NCBI GenBank assembly: GCA_040954595.2
Contig: CM082583.2
Span: 3,853,060-3,917,059 of the forward strand
Source of the DNA: Balanoglossus misakiensis
Taxonomy: Eukaryota > Animalia > Hemichordata
DNA: 64,000 nt
Direction: 5' to 3'
Part shown: one piece after another, positions 42,680-57,800 of the stretch
How the letters are laid out: the number at the start of each line of letters is the position of its first letter
Position numbering within the stretch: the stretch's first letter is position 1
Notes under the pieces: model-generated
Database searches by the model: none
What the model saw: only the letters and a program-made list of their open reading frames with translations
What the model was told of the DNA's origin: nothing
Made by a program: the position numbers and the translations under genes

Positions 42680-45600
42680 CTATTGAAAACTATCATTCTT
42701 CTTTAGAGGCTGTTCACTGAGCTTGTGTGTGTTGGCCCATATCACATCCCCTATCTTCTCTGCTGGAACATCAACATTATCAAGGCTGCAGTCAAAAACA
42801 CCTGGTGGCTGTGAATAAACCAGAGAAGAGTGACGAATTCTGAAGGGCGCGAGTGGACTGCATCCCACAAATTCGTTAGGGCCTTTCTCACTTGGGTTTT
42901 CATGAATAATTAACAAGGGTCATGGATGGGATATGCACAGGTGTATAACGTACATGTATTGGTGTCATTATGAGGACAATGTCCATAGAAAATTAATCAA
43001 AGTAGTACATGTACTAGTATTACACCATGATTGAAACTGTGATACTAAGTACAGTAAAACCTGTCTAAACCAAACACCAAAGGGGCTGAAGAAATTGTTC
43101 GATTTACACAGTTCTTTAGTTTATAGAGGTTCTTTTTACGTGGTTCTATGTGAATAGGACAGGAAAAGATTACTGGTATAGACAGGTTTCCAAATCAGAC
43201 AGGATTTGGTTTACACAGGTTTAACTGTAGCTATGTTGCTACAATTTAACACATTCTAACTTACGTACCTGATCTGATGGACATTTGTATGCAGCTTTGG
43301 AGAACTGCACCATGCTGTTCACCACAGAGAGTCCATGCCACTGACAAAACTGTTCAGTCTCACCGTCGCTAGTGAATTTCAACCACTGTTTGAGAACAGT
43401 GATTGGAAACTTGGTATTTTTACTGCTGTATGCAGTGTTTAATATTTTCAAGGCATGCCTGGGGAATGAGACAGAAATGAGTTTTAATACAAAACTCACC
43501 AAATTCACAAGGCTTGAAGGACTGATAGTTAGAAAGACAGACGGATATGGTGATGACAATAGCCTCCTCTTTGATACACGGGTGCCAAAATGTGTCTAAC
43601 CGCTGGATAAAACATAATGAACCACCAAATTTCTGAACACATCACAGCAGAGATGAACACATTAACTTGTCTGTTTTTTTTATGCAAGTGTCTTACATGT
43701 ATGTATAGAACACATTGACTGTTGCACAGAGTAGACAATGATCAGTTTACCACTTACTTTCTTATTACAGGAAAGTGTTGATGAATTGCACAATTCTGCA
43801 GAATGGAGCATTTCTCAGTCATGAGAAACAGTCGGAAAAAATTATGTTCTAGGAAAGCTCTGTTGATGGATAAAGCATGCTGCACTTGCTTGTGTTGCCT
43901 GAAACAGTGACAAAGATTTCTTCAATGTTTAGAGAAATGAAAACATGAGAAAAAGTCTAAACATTTGCCAACAATAAAGCAAATTATCAAAACACTGTAC
44001 CATCCAAGAATCAACCAGATCAAAATATGACCCTGCATAACCTATATTAATTATTTCAAAATGCAAGTTAACATTAACGCTGCAGATGTCATAAAAACTT
44101 TCAACGTTTCATGGGCTTATCAGATACCCATATAGCTTCTGACACTGAAAAGAAACGTGTTGAATAATGAATATCTTACCTGACATGTTTGGGCAATGAA
44201 ACTGCATGAAATAAGGCTTCCATTGAACCTGAAAAAATTCCGCAAAAACACAACTGTCAAAGCATAATACGCGCTGGGTCAAGACATTTAACCTTTGTCC
44301 TGCCAAGCAGATTGGTTAATAGATGCCATCAGTATATGAAATTGTGCATACGTACTAGCATGGATTTACAATTCTAAATATATTTTTTCAATGTTCTTCT
44401 TTGGGCCTCTCTGGGTTTCAACTAACAAACTTCTGATGCCACCATCTATCCACTGGATCAAAACGAGGCCAAAGGCCATGAGAGGTTTACAACAAGCGAT
44501 CCAAAAACCCACGAGTTTTAGAGCTGTCAAAACACAATAATCCATATTACCTTCCGGTACTTAAATTTACACCATAAATTTGCTTTGTGATGGGGTCTCT
44601 TTCAATTCTCAGTTTCTAGGTCAATTAAAATGAATCAGCCCCCCCCCCCCCCAATTTTGAATTTCTCTTTCCCCACGTCTCTTTTTGTTGCGTGTCACTA
44701 CATTGGTCAAACTTCCATTTTCACACCCCCCCCCCCCCAACTAATCACTTTGGTTTGTCTTCTATACTGGCACATCAGGGGAATTAATACATGTAGGTGT
44801 TGTCAATACATGTGGTGCCAAGTCTACAAATGCAATACACTTGACAAATGAACTTTTCCTGGCGCCATATTTTAATTAAACAGGTAAAAAACTCTTTACA
44901 GTACAAACACACACACACATTCGGGAAACCCCATATCTTAAAATTGCTCTTCTCTTACCTAGGTTGTGTAATAAGTAGAGTGATTCAAATTCTTCTCTGT
45001 TGTCCAACATCTCATCACTTTCATCATAACAGACAAGTAATCTTTTCAAACATTGCTGAACGTGAGAGTTATTGAGGTGAGGATCAAAATGATGCAGTGG
45101 TTCTTTTCGAAGTCTGTTATTTAGAAAACAAAATCCAAAAAGAAGTTTTGGCTGCTGTGAACTTCTTGGCATCAAGGACAATTATAAGGTACCAGATAAA
45201 AATTGTCCCTATTTGATTGTGTTTACAGGTAGGTTAGCGATCACACTGTTTTAAAACACTGATATGATTATGTTAGATGTACATACTATTCTAATTCTTG
45301 CATGATTTGAGCAAAATTCATAACTGTTAACAAGAGACTACAACCTGCTCACTGGTGGCAGTGAGCATTGTAGTTGTCAATTGTTAAAATCAAAGTCGAA
45401 CATTTATCACGATTGTCTGAAAACTTGCCAGTTCAGTAAGCATTTCCACATAAATTGCTTTCATTTCAAATTACCACAAAACACAAAAAGATAATGGGGA
45501 TATCAAATACTGAATGAAGCTCTTACTGAAATAACTTGCCTGTAACTGGCATAGATATGAAACCTCACAATTGGTTCCAATATTGTAATGCAATGTCTTG

Positions 45601-47213
45601 GAGATAATTGTTGAAGTGTCATGTCTTGTCGTATGCAGTGCATCCTGTCTGACGCAAAGTTGTAGATTTCCAGCCAGGAAACATCTTGCCTTGTCAACAA
45701 TCTAGATTGAAAACAAGTCATTGTCAATGACATAGTAATTTAGTATCCACTGGATTAACAACAGTGAATATGGTAGAATGAAACACGACTCGAGTCATGT
45801 CAGCAAAATGGCTCTGAAAATATTTCTCAGTATTTAGCCTGTTAGGCCAATGTGTGCGTATTAAACATATTGATCATTATATCACATACACAGTTCTTTC
45901 ATTGAGTTTCACTAAAATTAGTTGAAATATGTTCTTGCTTGTCTGAGAAATTGCTCTGATTATAAAAAAATTACACGAATGAAATTGGTTCTATCGGGGT
46001 AGGGTGTCTGAGTAATGGTTCTGGATGGGTTGAGAATAGATTCAGGAATAGACAGACAGGCAGACAGACAGAGACAGACACAGGTAGTCAGACATGCAGA
46101 AACACCAAGAACAATCCATTTCCCCCTTGCTTTGTCCATGGAGACTCCTCAAAAGTCACCAATTTACAATTAAAAAAGAAATTACAATTTTCATGCATTT
46201 ATGGAAACCCACATGTGTCAGTAGTTCTTATAAGTTGTCATCATAAAAAAACAATCACAATCCTGTAGGAAAATCTGAGGTAATGATATTACCTGTTGAC
46301 AAGGTAATCAAGGGTCTTCATCAGTACATGTGGTGGTCTTAGTTCATCTTCACTTGGTCCTTTTTTACCAGCTGCAGATCTGCAAAACTCTTTCACTGTT
46401 CTTCTTGGGTCAGCCTTTGGTCTATTTGATGAAAAATAGTGTCATAGTACAGATTCAGTGAAAAATCAGAGTGTGGAGAATTTTCTAAAAAGCAAGAGGA
46501 TGTTTTAACAATTCATCATATTCACACATTGACTTAATTGGATACGCCAGGAGTACAAGGAAGCCCAACCTGGTAAATCCACTCTCCCCAAGACCTGGAA
46601 CCAGGAAGGGATCAGGCCTTACCTTGCAAGCTTGTTTGTTCCTGGAACTATTTCAAATGGATGGAGTCTGCATTGTTTTTCTCTCCTAATGAAGAATCGA
46701 ATGCAAGTATAAGCAAGATAGATAGATCATAGGGAGTCGTCATCAACTACATCTACAGTTTCTTTCAAATGCTTTTTTTTAGCATGACTGTGAAAGTTCA
46801 AAGGTTAAAGCTCTATGCTAGGTCTATGACCCATGCTATTGGGATTATACTCTTATGCCAGATCGTAGCTGTACAACGGTTTGGGAGGGGGGGGCGCTCG
46901 GGGTAATCAGCACCCCCCCCCCCCGACGGTACAGCTGCGTTTACCACAGCTAGCTATCGATAATCAGATCTACACCAGATCCAAACCCATCCAAACACAA
47001 GCTGTATGACGTCGGGCACCGGCGGCGTGTCAACGTCAGTGCATGTATTATTAATAATTTCATGGTGCCTCCATGGGTTCATTCACGGCTCCGATGGAGA
47101 AACTGTGGTTAAATGAACAAAATAAACACAAATACAAGAACTTACATAAACATCTCGCGTTGTGGACACATATCCGTGCATCTCCCTACGTTGGTATCCG
47201 GGAGGTCACACAT
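42680..47213 (-). CDS. SAC3D1: SAC3 domain-containing protein 1 (SAC3/GANP family); exons about 47146-47213, 46623-46685, 46293-46421, 45540-45701, 44959-45113, 44180-44228, 43758-43880, 43270-43458, 42680-42809
   Basis: GRCTDMCPQREMFMREKQCRLHPFEI; ADPRRTVKEFCRSAAG; ELRPPHVLMKTLDYL; YNFASDRMHCIRQDMTLQ; ILEPIVRFH; EFESLYLLHNLG; LNTAYSSKNTKFP. Short length without the GANP extensions fits SAC3D1. Confidence 0.88.
43050..43229. mobile_element. Tc1/mariner-pogo-type MITE
   Basis: TACAGTAAAACCTGTCTAAACCAAA...TTTGGTTTACACAGGTTTAACTGTA with TA flanks. Confidence 0.75.
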
Positions 47214-48868
47214 TCTGTGCAGCACGCTTTAAGTTATTGCGCAGTGATCATATAAAATTATGTTATGGCGATTTAACTTGCTTAGCATACCATGTGTATT
47301 ATTTTATGACGTCCACGACGCAGGCCAGGGCGATTCCTGTACAATGTATTTTGCTTTCACTTCGACTACCACCTGTAAGTTGGTTGATCGCCACATTGAC
47401 CTTGCGTTGACCCACAATGACCTCGTTGACCTCATGTTCGGAAAAGAGCGCCGCCTGTAGACGAGAAAAACGGGATCACGTTTGCAAGTTTGGATACGAT
47501 TTTTGCAGATACGCTATCAATCACTTGATCAGGCCAATGCACTATTTGATATATATCCTATTGTAAATGGAACCGCCTTCTCACATCTGTTTTGCCTTTT
47601 CAAACGTCTTTTTTGAAAAATAAAACAAATGTAACAAACGTCACAATCATTTTGTATGGTTGTAGGAGCATTTAGATGGATTTGCTGCAATGTCAGTCGC
47701 AGGCCATGGGGTGAAGTTTTTGCTAGTAAACTGCATTCACGACTTATCATTGTTATTTTCGGTCATTTCTGGCAAATTCGTTCTGAAACTGTAGTGGCTG
47801 TCCAAAATAAGCAACAAAAAAGTAAAGACATTATAGCGACATTATATTGGCAGAAGTGTGGTTTTTAGGCGGTACTTGTTATTCTGATATGCGACATTAA
47901 CATTATTGTGCGGTCAGACCTTAGCATGTTTACGGGTTTTGCCTTATGACCTCGTGATTTTAATTTATGATCATATGAAAGTAGTCCATCTTATTTGGAA
48001 ATTGTATTCAAATTAGCAGTTGTTGACTTAAAAAAACAGAGTGGACCTTTTATAAATCTTCGATACACATGGCTTCTGTGTTACGCGGAAACATTTTTAA
48101 TTACAATGTCGCTTGCCTCAAATAAAAGGTGAATATAGGGTTGTCGGCTGGTAAAATACTGAAGCACACAACTTTCCCTAGGTATAATATTACCACCCCA
48201 GCTATTACCACCCTAAAAGAACGTGCTTTTTTGGACTTTTATGGAACTCCTTGAGTCCAAAAGTCACCCCTCAAAACAATTGATTAGGGGCCATCTCTGA
48301 CAACAAAAGAAATGTATTCGTTTGGATCCTAACCCCCACCCCTAAACAAAAGTTCAAAAGTGTAATGAATTAAGTTGATATCTGAAATAAAGTACAACGT
48401 TGAAGTTGGCCTATATATTGAGTAATGTTTGCCTCTGATCATATGCACAGTTAGAAAATGGGAACGTGGGTGTATCCTTTGGAACTAGTTTGTGCTTTAA
48501 TAAAAACATAATAGAATTTATCACCTATGAGTGTGAACTTGAAAGTGAAGTTGACTAAACGAATTTACCTCAACCCCCCCCCCCCAACGATTTTTTTTTC
48601 ATTTGTTGAGCTTATGTGACAATCTGAGACGGTTCCTTAGCAAGCCATTTGCCATCTGTTTACAAGCAGTGGCCAATCGCCACACGCGGAAACGTGATAA
48701 ATTTGTTTGGGGCGTGTCGCAGCTACCTAGAATGTTATATAGAGCAAAACCGACCAGTTGTGTACTAGTTTTCAAATGTAGATGTAAAATTGGTGTTTAT
48801 CAGCCAGAGTTTTAGAAACGCTTGACGTTCGTTAAAAATCTTATTGGAAGATAAGGAGAAATTGCAGT

Positions 48869-51800
48869 ATGGCCGCTCTGCGAATTTGCTTCTTGTTAAT
48901 TCTCCTGCTTGCGTGTTCCACGAAGGGGATGCTGCGCAAATCCAAGATTTCCCTGACAAACAACGAATACACAGGGATTCTGATAGCCATTCATGAAAAC
49001 GTGGCAGAGGATGTTAATCTAATTGATAAAATACAAGTAAGCCATTATATTGCATTATATCTCCGATGTCAAATTGTCTTCAATTGATAGTTTTGATAGT
49101 TTAGTGTCACTGATAATGATAAGACATGTTTCCAATCTTCTTTTTTCGAGAATCTTGTAACGTCACTTTTTCGTATGTGTGTGAGACTTAAACAGTACAC
49201 CACTGCTCAATCTGATTATAAAAAACATGTAAGGGTAAGGCGACGTCTTTTCGGCGTATGGTATTCTGAGGCGACAGCAAAAGAACTTACCGCGAAGTAT
49301 AAGACGCCGTCGCCGTACCCTACATCTGATTTCAATCAGACTGAGGTAGTCATATCCTGCTAAATATAAATGCAAAAATGCAACAAATTTCCATGGTCTA
49401 TTTGATGTGAGACACATCCAGAGGTATACATATCATTCATGTGCCTTCAATTGTTGTTTACGTGAAACACATGAATGGGTGGTCACTGTAATGTAACAAC
49501 TCGCGCCCACGGGGCAGTTTGTTCGATTTTTTGTAAGGATCCGACATTCGGCAAAAACTGCGTAAATCCACATCTCGGTTCGAAATTACAGTTACCCCCC
49601 CCCCCCCAAAAAAAAAAGTTTACATGCACTGCTTGCGTTCGCCAGATTCTCATCGAGTTTGATCACATAATTTTATTTTAAGAGTTTCCTCGAAAGGTTG
49701 TGACCGCTGTCAATATGCCACTTTACTCACAAATTACACACACTTGAGTAGTTAGTGGCGCAATGTTTGGGAGCTACACCGTTCATAACAGCCACTTCAC
49801 TTCACCCCCCCCCCCAAAAAAAAAAGTTTACATGCACTGCTTGCGTTCGCCAGATTCTCATCGAGTTTGATCACCCAATTTTATTTTAAGAGTTTCCTCG
49901 AAAGGTTGTGACCGCTGTCAATATGCCACTTTACTCACAAATTACACACACTTGAGTAGTTAGTGGCGCAATGTTTGGGAGCTACACCGTTCATAACAGC
50001 CACTTCACTTGACAATCTTTTGAACCCATCTTTACATTTCGTATCCATACGTGTTTACTTTTTAGTTTTTTTAAGCAGGTAAAGAACCCTTAAGTGGGGC
50101 GAAGTGTGTCTTTAGTGCGGGATGGGCAGAATTAAGGGGGAGGGGGCGCTTTACTGATCCTCCCCCCCCCCAAAAAAAATGTTTACATGCATTGCCTGTG
50201 TTTGTCTGATTCTCATAATCGAGTTTGGTCACCAAATTTTATTTTGTGAGTTTCCTTGAAAGGTTGTGACCGCTGTAAATAGGTCATCTAACTCATACAT
50301 CACACGCGCCAACTACACCATCCACATACTGCAGGCACTTGACCACCGTTTGAACCCACCTTTATGCAAGGTCGTACCTACACGTCTTTATTTTTAGTTT
50401 GTAGGTTTCTTAACAGGGACTGAACCCTTAAGTGGCGAGATGTGTTGTCGTTAGTAGGGCCGGGCAGAATTAACGGGGAGGGGGCGCTTTTGCTTTTCAA
50501 TATGAGGATCCATGGAGGAAAGTGACCCCCCCCCCCCTGGCGCTTACATAAAGAAGTGACCCTCCACACAATTCGTGCATGAAACACAGTGACACCCATA
50601 TGCGTCATCAACACGTGGAAATTATAAGCAAAGAAACGCTCAATTGCAATCTTCATCATAAACCAATCATCACAACGATCACGATTTAGGCCTTATTGAT
50701 GTCGCCTGCAATTTTATAAAATAACATAATAATAGGCGATGTATATTTACCTTTGGTTAAAATGTTAACGATGGATAACAACTTTGAATATAATAGTTTT
50801 AAATCTTTGGCACAAGACTTAACTGTAACGACATTTGATTTGAATCTATGTCATTGATTTGTAACAGCTGGAGACATTATAAGTACTCTTTGATCGCCAT
50901 GTTCATTCAATATAATGTACCTTTTTCGTGTTTTAATTGTGGGCTTCATCTCTTCATGGGAAATAGGAGATATTCACCGCTGCGTCGAGTGCCCTTTACC
51001 GAGCAACGCGTCAACGAGCTTTCTTCAAGAACATCACAATCTTATTGCCAGAAACATGGAGTGACGATATCGCAAGTTACCGTGGCGGCTGGGAAAGATT
51101 CGACGCTGCAAATGTCATCATCACCAACAACAGCAGGGATATGCCCTACACGAATCAGTTTGAACCGTGTGGGCAAGAAGGTCAATTTATACATTTGACC
51201 GATGAATTTATTTATGACAGCCAAGGGACGATGAGGGACACGTACGGTGACCCAGGTAGGGTTTCATGTCTTTGCAGATTTTTTACCATTTGAGTTCAAG
51301 TGCTCAACTTATCTCTAACTATAGTACCTAGGTATGTGCAGTTTTTCCCCACGCAGTGTCCACACATAGGTCACGCACCTCCAGTTCGACTTGAATATCC
51401 CGTTGACAAACATGTTGAAATGACATTGAAGACTACTGCATTGCAAGCGCCAATAATTGATCAAAATGCCTGGGTAATGTGTAACACATGTACCGGTGAA
51501 AATATTTATATCTTCATGTGAAAAAAACGGTGTTAAAATATTTAACCCTAAACCCGTATGTAGAGTAACAACCAGAGTCACATCCACAATGTTAGCAATT
51601 GTGTACTCTGTGGCATTTACACTTTGCGCCTGTTTTGATTTGCTACCAACTGTATGCGGCCCACATTCGGAGCCACAGACGACACCAGCCCTTAATTTTT
51701 TTTCTCGGGTTTCTTTTTCAGGGAAAGTGATTGTACATGAATGGGGCCATCTCCGGTGGGGCCTCTTTGACGAATATCCTACTCCTGGTCAACATTTTTA

Positions 51801-54800
51801 TTTGGGCGAGACGAATCACGTTGACGCCACACGATGTTCGTCTTCTGTACTTGGAAAGTTGTATGGGGAGAAGTGTGTCTGGAATCCGTCGACTGGTATA
51901 CTTCCCGCCAAACACTGTACTTTCGACCCTCTCATTGAAAATAACCAGGCAACAGGGTCATATATGTACGCCAGCTTCGTGGATTCGGTGAGTAGACCAA
52001 CATTATTGATAATAACAGTTGGTACGGTGAGTTTTTTTCCAAGAGTTTCCGTGGATTGCAAGTAATCTCAAATTTCATTATATACATGTAGCTCATATTT
52101 ATTAACGCGTTTTAGCCAATGTCGTGTGTCTGCATGTCAGTCAGTCAGTCAGTCTGTATGTTCAATTTCAGTATGTTTGTTCTAATAAATTCTTAATATT
52201 CTTAGGTGGTTGACTTCTGCCACAGTGACATCAACGGAGATCCGGGATCACTCCATAACGCCATGGCTCCTAACCTACAGAACATACTGTGTTCATATCG
52301 CAGTGCCTGGGACGTGATGCTGGAATCTGAAGATTTCAAGAATGGCGCCAATCAGGCCAGACAAGTGACTGACACCACACCGACTTTCCACATCATGAAA
52401 GCAAAACCACTGAGAATCGTGTTTGTACTAGACGTCTCCGGCAGCATGGTAACGCCCGCTTTTAATTTCAACGTTTTGTGGTCGCCGATCAAAACATGCA
52501 ATATGGTGATGTTATAGGGCGCGGTCATACGATAGTTTCAAGGAACAAAGCACAGAAAATTTACACTGCTCTCATGCAATAGCTATTTGAATGTATCGTT
52601 TGCATCTTCAAGTGCATTTGTCTGCATCCCCTGCATACACAGACATAAATATACATTGTTTTCAATTGTATTTCTATGCCTTCGCAGAGTAGCCGTATTG
52701 TCACACTGAAACAAATCGCAATCAAGTATATTCGAACAACTGTACCAGATGGTCACTTCATTGGAATCGTCGAGTTCGAATCACAGGCAGAAATAAAATC
52801 CTATCTGATTGAAACAACACACAATCGTGACAGTTTAGTGAGCATGTTGCCGACAAGTGTTGGTGGTTTCACTTGTATTGGCTGCGGATTGGAAGCTGGT
52901 CTAGAGGTGAGATGTGTGTTGCCATTAATGGCTGTGGCAAAGAAACAACTTTACCTCCTGGCATGTCCTTGACATTGTAGTGTTTGGAAGAAGGTGGGAG
53001 GGAGGGAGGGAGGGAGGGAAAGATGGAGGTATCGCTATGTAGACAAAATTGTTATGAGTGGCCCTGTTTGTCTTTTTCCATGGACGGGAAGGGGGTCAGG
53101 CACTGTACCAGAATGAATCCGATCCCATGCTGGAAAATATAAACTGATCAGTCCATAAGAGTCCACCATATTCACTAATATCTCTGTTAAATTGTCACTC
53201 TGAGTTACAAGTACGATAGGATCGTTTTTCCATTGGACCATGATTCTTTTTTCTATAACCACGTGCCATTCTTTTTGTTAGAAACAGTCAGGTTTAATAC
53301 ATATAAGCCATAATCTAAGTTTGGATGAACTTTGATTTCTATGTACATGTACAAAATTTCGCTTGATTTCTGCTGACCATTAACTCTCACAGATGTTATA
53401 TGAGAATTCAAAACCAGACGTAACGTAATACACTCAGACTGGAGCTTCACTCACCTCAATTTTAACGGAGCATAACACGCCAAAAAAACGCGGCAAACGC
53501 GGTTTTATTCGATAATCTCCTCGCGGTCGTTCGTTTACTCTTAGTTATCGTCTCTGAAAGACAAGTTTCCGTAATAAGAGCGACGCATTTGTTTTCTTCT
53601 ATCTTCAAGGTACTAGAGCACGGGGGACAACGTCCTGAGGGAGGAATACTCTTGCTAATAAGTGATGGTGGTGAGAATGTGCTTCCGTATATTAGAGATG
53701 TCAAACCTACTTTGATAAGCAAAGGTGTCAGTGTGGACACAATATCATTTGGTAGTTCAGCAGACGAGAAGTTGTCGAATCTGTCTACAGAGACTGGTGG
53801 ACTTTCTTTCCATTATAGCGAAGCTGCAAATTCTACGGGTCTCAGTGACAGTCTGTCGGCGACCATAACTTCAAGGCTCGGCGGAAGCTCAGATTTGATT
53901 GTCGAAGTAAGTGACAGTCGTCGTACATTGTAGCATATATACGTTCAAAAATGATTTGACCCCATTTAGATCAAGGACCCCTCTCCAGCTAAGCGAATAC
54001 TCAAAAGTTCGAGGTGTTGATGTTAGCCACAGGGCATCGCTTTCCATAACGTGTCCCATAGGCCAGCAACATTGTTCACACTTCAGTGTGAAAGAGCTTT
54101 AAATTGTCGCGTTATTTAGCATAACCATTTAACTGTGTGCATTTCTAGGTCTGTCTTTGTCAATGCACAATTAGTACTTTGCTATGCATGCTATGAATTA
54201 GGTGAAAAATAAACATGTACCGTGAAACACTGAAAACTTTTCTTAGCCAGTATGACGACATCAATTCCTAAGCATAGAAAGTCAACACTCAGAATGACAG
54301 AGTTATTTGTCCTGAAATGATTCAGCCTTTTGAAGAACAACATGTGTGGTATTCAAGTTGTAAAACTTAGGATTTCTCTCTTTTTTAAAGTTGTACAGTG
54401 AGAAACACACCCTTACTGGCAAAATCGTAAGTTCAATATACATCGATGCCACCATTGGACTAAGGACAGTGTTTGTTTTCCTGGGGTCCGCATCACCGCC
54501 AACTGTAATCGTGCGCACACCAGACGGGGAAATCATTGACAATTCATCGCCTGAATACACAAGTGACGTTGATTCAAGTACCACGACTATCAGGATCGGC
54601 GGCAATGCAAAGGTAGGCTATTGTGCAATACGTGCATCTACGGCTAATGATGATTTTCTCAAAGTTAAAGGGACAAAGTCTCTCTCTCGCTGCCCCTTTC
54701 CCATTAATTATGTTTGATACAAAACACCGTTTATGTTATTCTATGGAAAGGTTATTTCACGAGTAACGTTTCGTTACGCTGTATCACCTCACTTTTGGTC

Positions 54801-57800
54801 ATCAGTTCGTAAAATTCACGAGGCCGCAGGCCGAGTGAATTTTATTGATGTAATGGGTAATTGAAAATGTTTTAATAATCAGCACCTCCATGCCATAACG
54901 TGGCAATCTAGGCTAACGAGTCATGTGACTTACAAAGAAAACGTTTTTTTTTTTATTCAGCTACACAGAGGGAATCTACTGACATATTTTTTATCGGTTC
55001 AGTTAATATTCATAATTAGTTGTTAAGAAACAGAGCGATGATATAATTTTATCTATCTGATTTGATAGGGAAAGGGTTATTTTTTTTATAAATTGTTGCA
55101 TGTCTCACAAAGATACATTTGGCTCGGGGAAGTCATTGAGTTTTGTTTAAGGGTGAAACATTAAATTACATCTAGACCACATGTGGCTTTTTATTGTCGC
55201 CCTTTTCAGCATGCTGAACGAAAGAATCAGGTCAGGCACATTTTATCCATGCTGGTCAATGATTTCATTTTCATTGTGTTGATGAATTGGCCCTTGAATG
55301 TAGCCTATTTGGTGTCTTTTTTTCTTAGCCTGGCGATTGGCAGTACAATATCACTGGTAGTTCACAATCAGTGGAGGTATCGATACAATCAACAGCCAGG
55401 GACAACACACCACCCATTCGCATAACAACCGTTACTAGCAACTCCTTGGTTACGGAAATACCACCCAAGACCACTATTTATGTTCAAGTTTTACGCGGAT
55501 TCTCACCAATTCTGAATGTCACAGTCCTAGCAATCGTGGAACGACCAACCCCACACGCTTCAGTGGAGTTAACTCTCCTTGACAACGGCGCAGGTGAAAT
55601 TGTGTTTAAGGTAGTATGGGGCCTCGGCGATAGATTTTTCAGAAATATGATAGTCCCGAAATGTTGCCATTCTTGTATATATTAAAGTGATGACTCAATT
55701 TTGAGCAAAAGAGAAAACGTCATGCTGTACATTTTCTCCATAAAGTTAACACAAAATTTGGCGAGCATTTTGAAATTGGAGTTTGAGACAAATTTGCTTT
55801 ATCATTCGAATGTTTGCTAAATTTCTGAGCCGCATACAGTAGTGTCGTTTATATGATTATTTTCTTTCACAGCATACTATTCAGATTTATTCTAGCTACA
55901 TAAAATCATCTTTTAGCAACACAAGGTGTGCTGGTGACGTCATAGCCACCATGTACATGCACTGACCTATCGACAGAAAACATTAGAGTCAAGTGAACAT
56001 TCTAAATGCTGAAAGATAACGCCCTCGTCACTGCACACCCGAAGTAGCTTTGGTCCAATATTTGTCACTAGAATACTAAGGATACAGTTAGTCTGTTGAT
56101 GACAGGAATACTAGATATTAGCGTGCTGACAGGAGTAGAACAAGATATTGAATTTGAAACACAAGACGATTAAAAAAGTAGCCGAAAGTTCAGCTAACAT
56201 CACGCACTCTTCAGATGTCATTTTACTGTCAATTGCAACAGATGGAAGTGTTTACACATCTGAAAAAATATCCATATTTTTTTTCCATTAGGAGGTGACT
56301 TGGTCAAAGATGACGGGATTTATTCTGGAGTGTTCCAGGACTTTGTTAACGCGACATGTCCGAACTGTCGTTACAGTATCAAAATAAAGGCCGAGAACAG
56401 TGACGATGAGGGCGTAGTTGGTGGGGTGAACAGCAGAGCATTTCCAATCAGATATCGTAAGTGAATTATTTTATCGAGCTCCATTTCGACGTGCTGCTCG
56501 GTCGATTGGTAAAATGTTCTGCTTTTTCGTGCTAGTGGGCTCAGTGGCGGCTGTTAAGTTTTTGATAGTGGCTGAGCTACATCCTACAAGTTACATGTAG
56601 TTATTACAGGACTAATAAACATTTCTCGCTACCAAATGATCATTTTTGCTTTGTGTTAGGAGTCACTGTGAGTGAGAAAGTCGACAACTAACTGTGGTAG
56701 AGGTTTGAAAAGGCAGTATTTTACGTGTACTTCGTGAATTCTTTGTTTCTCAAAGCTGTCTATGTAGTTATCATATATGAGTAGTTCTCCACGTCTCTGA
56801 GTGTATCATCTGCGAGATTTTGTATTTTCCTATATAGAATTAAGGATATGCATTGCATTTTAGTAATTCACGATAATATCGTGGTCCTAAAGTTAAATAT
56901 ATTTTAAAATTTGATTTTTATAGAATGCGAATGTAAGCTACTTTAGCCACTTTAGAGCAAAGATCGATGTAAATATATAACACGTGTAAAAATAATTCCG
57001 AGTCGACATTTGTCACCGTTTTAAACTCGTCATAAATTTGCAGCTGCAGGCGATGAAGATCAAAGAGAGAAGGTTGGTCGCTTTACAAGAGTAGACTCTG
57101 GTGGCGTCATCCAGGCACCTCTGACCATACCACCTGGCGACTATTTATCGCCATCGCGAATCACCGACCTGGCAGTGGTGGACACGTCATTTGAAGACCA
57201 GACCATCACTTTGACGTGGACGGCCCCAGGCAATGACCTTGACCGAGGCACAGGTATGGATATACAATGTTTGGGTATAGACGTCAATAACGTGAACAAT
57301 GTTTAAGCTCTTTCAATGAGAAATGTATATTTTAATTAAGTACCAGTCACACATTAGATTAAGATATATATAATCTTCTCATCTTGCAGCCGCCGAATAC
57401 GATCTCCGATTCAGTAGCAACTTCACCGTGTTTGTAAGAAATTTCCCAGCCGGCACACACTTATCAAACGACGCCCTAGCTGCAGGAAACCTGTCATCTC
57501 CGAAACCTTTCGGCGAAACCGAAACGGTTACCGTTCAGATGTTAAGCGAAGGGGAAGCAGTGACGTATTTTTTCGCCATCACGGCAAGGGACAGCGCCGG
57601 TAATGAAGGGACGCCATCAAATATCATTTCTGCGGCCATCGTTAACAATGATGTAGATGCACCAACGACTTCGTTTACAACCGTGACTGTGACGTCAGAG
57701 CACCTGCACACCGTCCCAGGGATCCCAAGCGCCACCGAGTCGGTTCCGGCAAAGTCAACCTCATGGGTGTTCATAGTCGCTGGTTGTTCAGGGGCAATGG

